From Takakia lepidozioides (Eukaryota; Plantae; Bryophyta): DNA of 64,000 bases. The stretch lies in NCBI GenBank assembly GCA_030704615.1, contig CM060732.1, positions 17,112,001-17,176,000 of the forward strand. The letters run 5' to 3'. Positions 63,470 through 64,000 of this stretch are shown piece by piece. How positions within the stretch are numbered: position 1 is the first letter of the stretch; the number at the start of each line of letters is the position of its first letter. Under the pieces are notes generated by a model. It worked only from the letters and a program-made list of their open reading frames with translations. It had not been told where the DNA came from and ran no database searches. The translations under genes and the position numbers were made by a program.

Positions 63470-64000
63470 AGAACATGCTGTTGGTGGTGAGGCTGGGGTG
63501 ATGACTAGTCAGACCATCATTGCTTCTCCTGTGGTGAGGTTGGGGTGATGACCAGCCAACCATAGGAGTGTTTGCGGTGGATGCAGGTGCAGGTACATGT
63601 TTATGTTACGAACCTAGTAGTCTAAGCCATAAGCAGCAACATGTTCTCTACCCGGTTACCTTGTGGAAAGGGGGGTTAGAGACAGGTTTACAACAGGTAT
63701 GGTTGTGAGTTTTCATCATGGAGGTGCCACCAGTTGTTGAGGGGAGTGCCTATACGAGCACCAGTGATACTAGTGGGTACACAAGACGAGGTGTGCGGTT
63801 TAGGCCACCTTCACCTTCAATGTCTTCTGAGGAGGGTTCAGACTCTGAGTCAGGAGGATTCTCGCCAAGGGTGCAAGCCATTTCCATGCCATTGTTGTGG
63901 AACACAATGGAGGAGATGTATGGAGCTACCAAGGGGCCACGTAGGTACTCTGGAACTGTGGGCACCATCGAGCTAGATGACTTCATACAAGAGTTTGACA
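63470..64000 (+). mobile_element. LTR 3' end and gag start of a relative of the methyltransferase-bearing gypsy; runs off the right edge
   Basis: 63470-63641 aligns with 19095-19250. The frame STSDTSGYTRRGVRFRPPSP..PLLW aligns with 19370-19511 and continues ..GPRRYSGTVGTIELDDFIQEFD. Confidence 0.85.

Overview
Eukaryotic nuclear DNA from a land plant, most likely a non-seed lineage (bryophyte, lycophyte or fern). This is inferred from spliceosomal introns, PLS-type PPR remnants, OSB/PDF motifs and plant-type TE families. The window is mostly nested, decayed transposons: Ty3/gypsy (one chromovirus, several non-chromovirus), LINEs, CACTA pieces, and hAT and Tourist MITEs. One host gene appears intact: a 14-exon AFG1/ZapE-like ATPase (38793-45512, +). 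A 5'-truncated, frameshifted SES1/canopy-like gene lies convergent to it. Highlights: (1) a Ty3/gypsy family carrying a DNMT3/DRM-like cytosine methyltransferase between protease and RT, with two complementary fragments plus a related LTR/gag start at the window end; (2) a 2.6-kb array of about 35 thirty-bp palindromes upstream of a possible ParB/Srx-like ORF remnant; (3) a 4.1-kb element with ~395-bp TIRs and no TSD that carries an exon of the neighbouring AFG1 gene and a DUF604 exon; (4) amplified exon-intron cassettes of the OSB PDF motif. All protein assignments are by-eye motif recognition; no searches were run.
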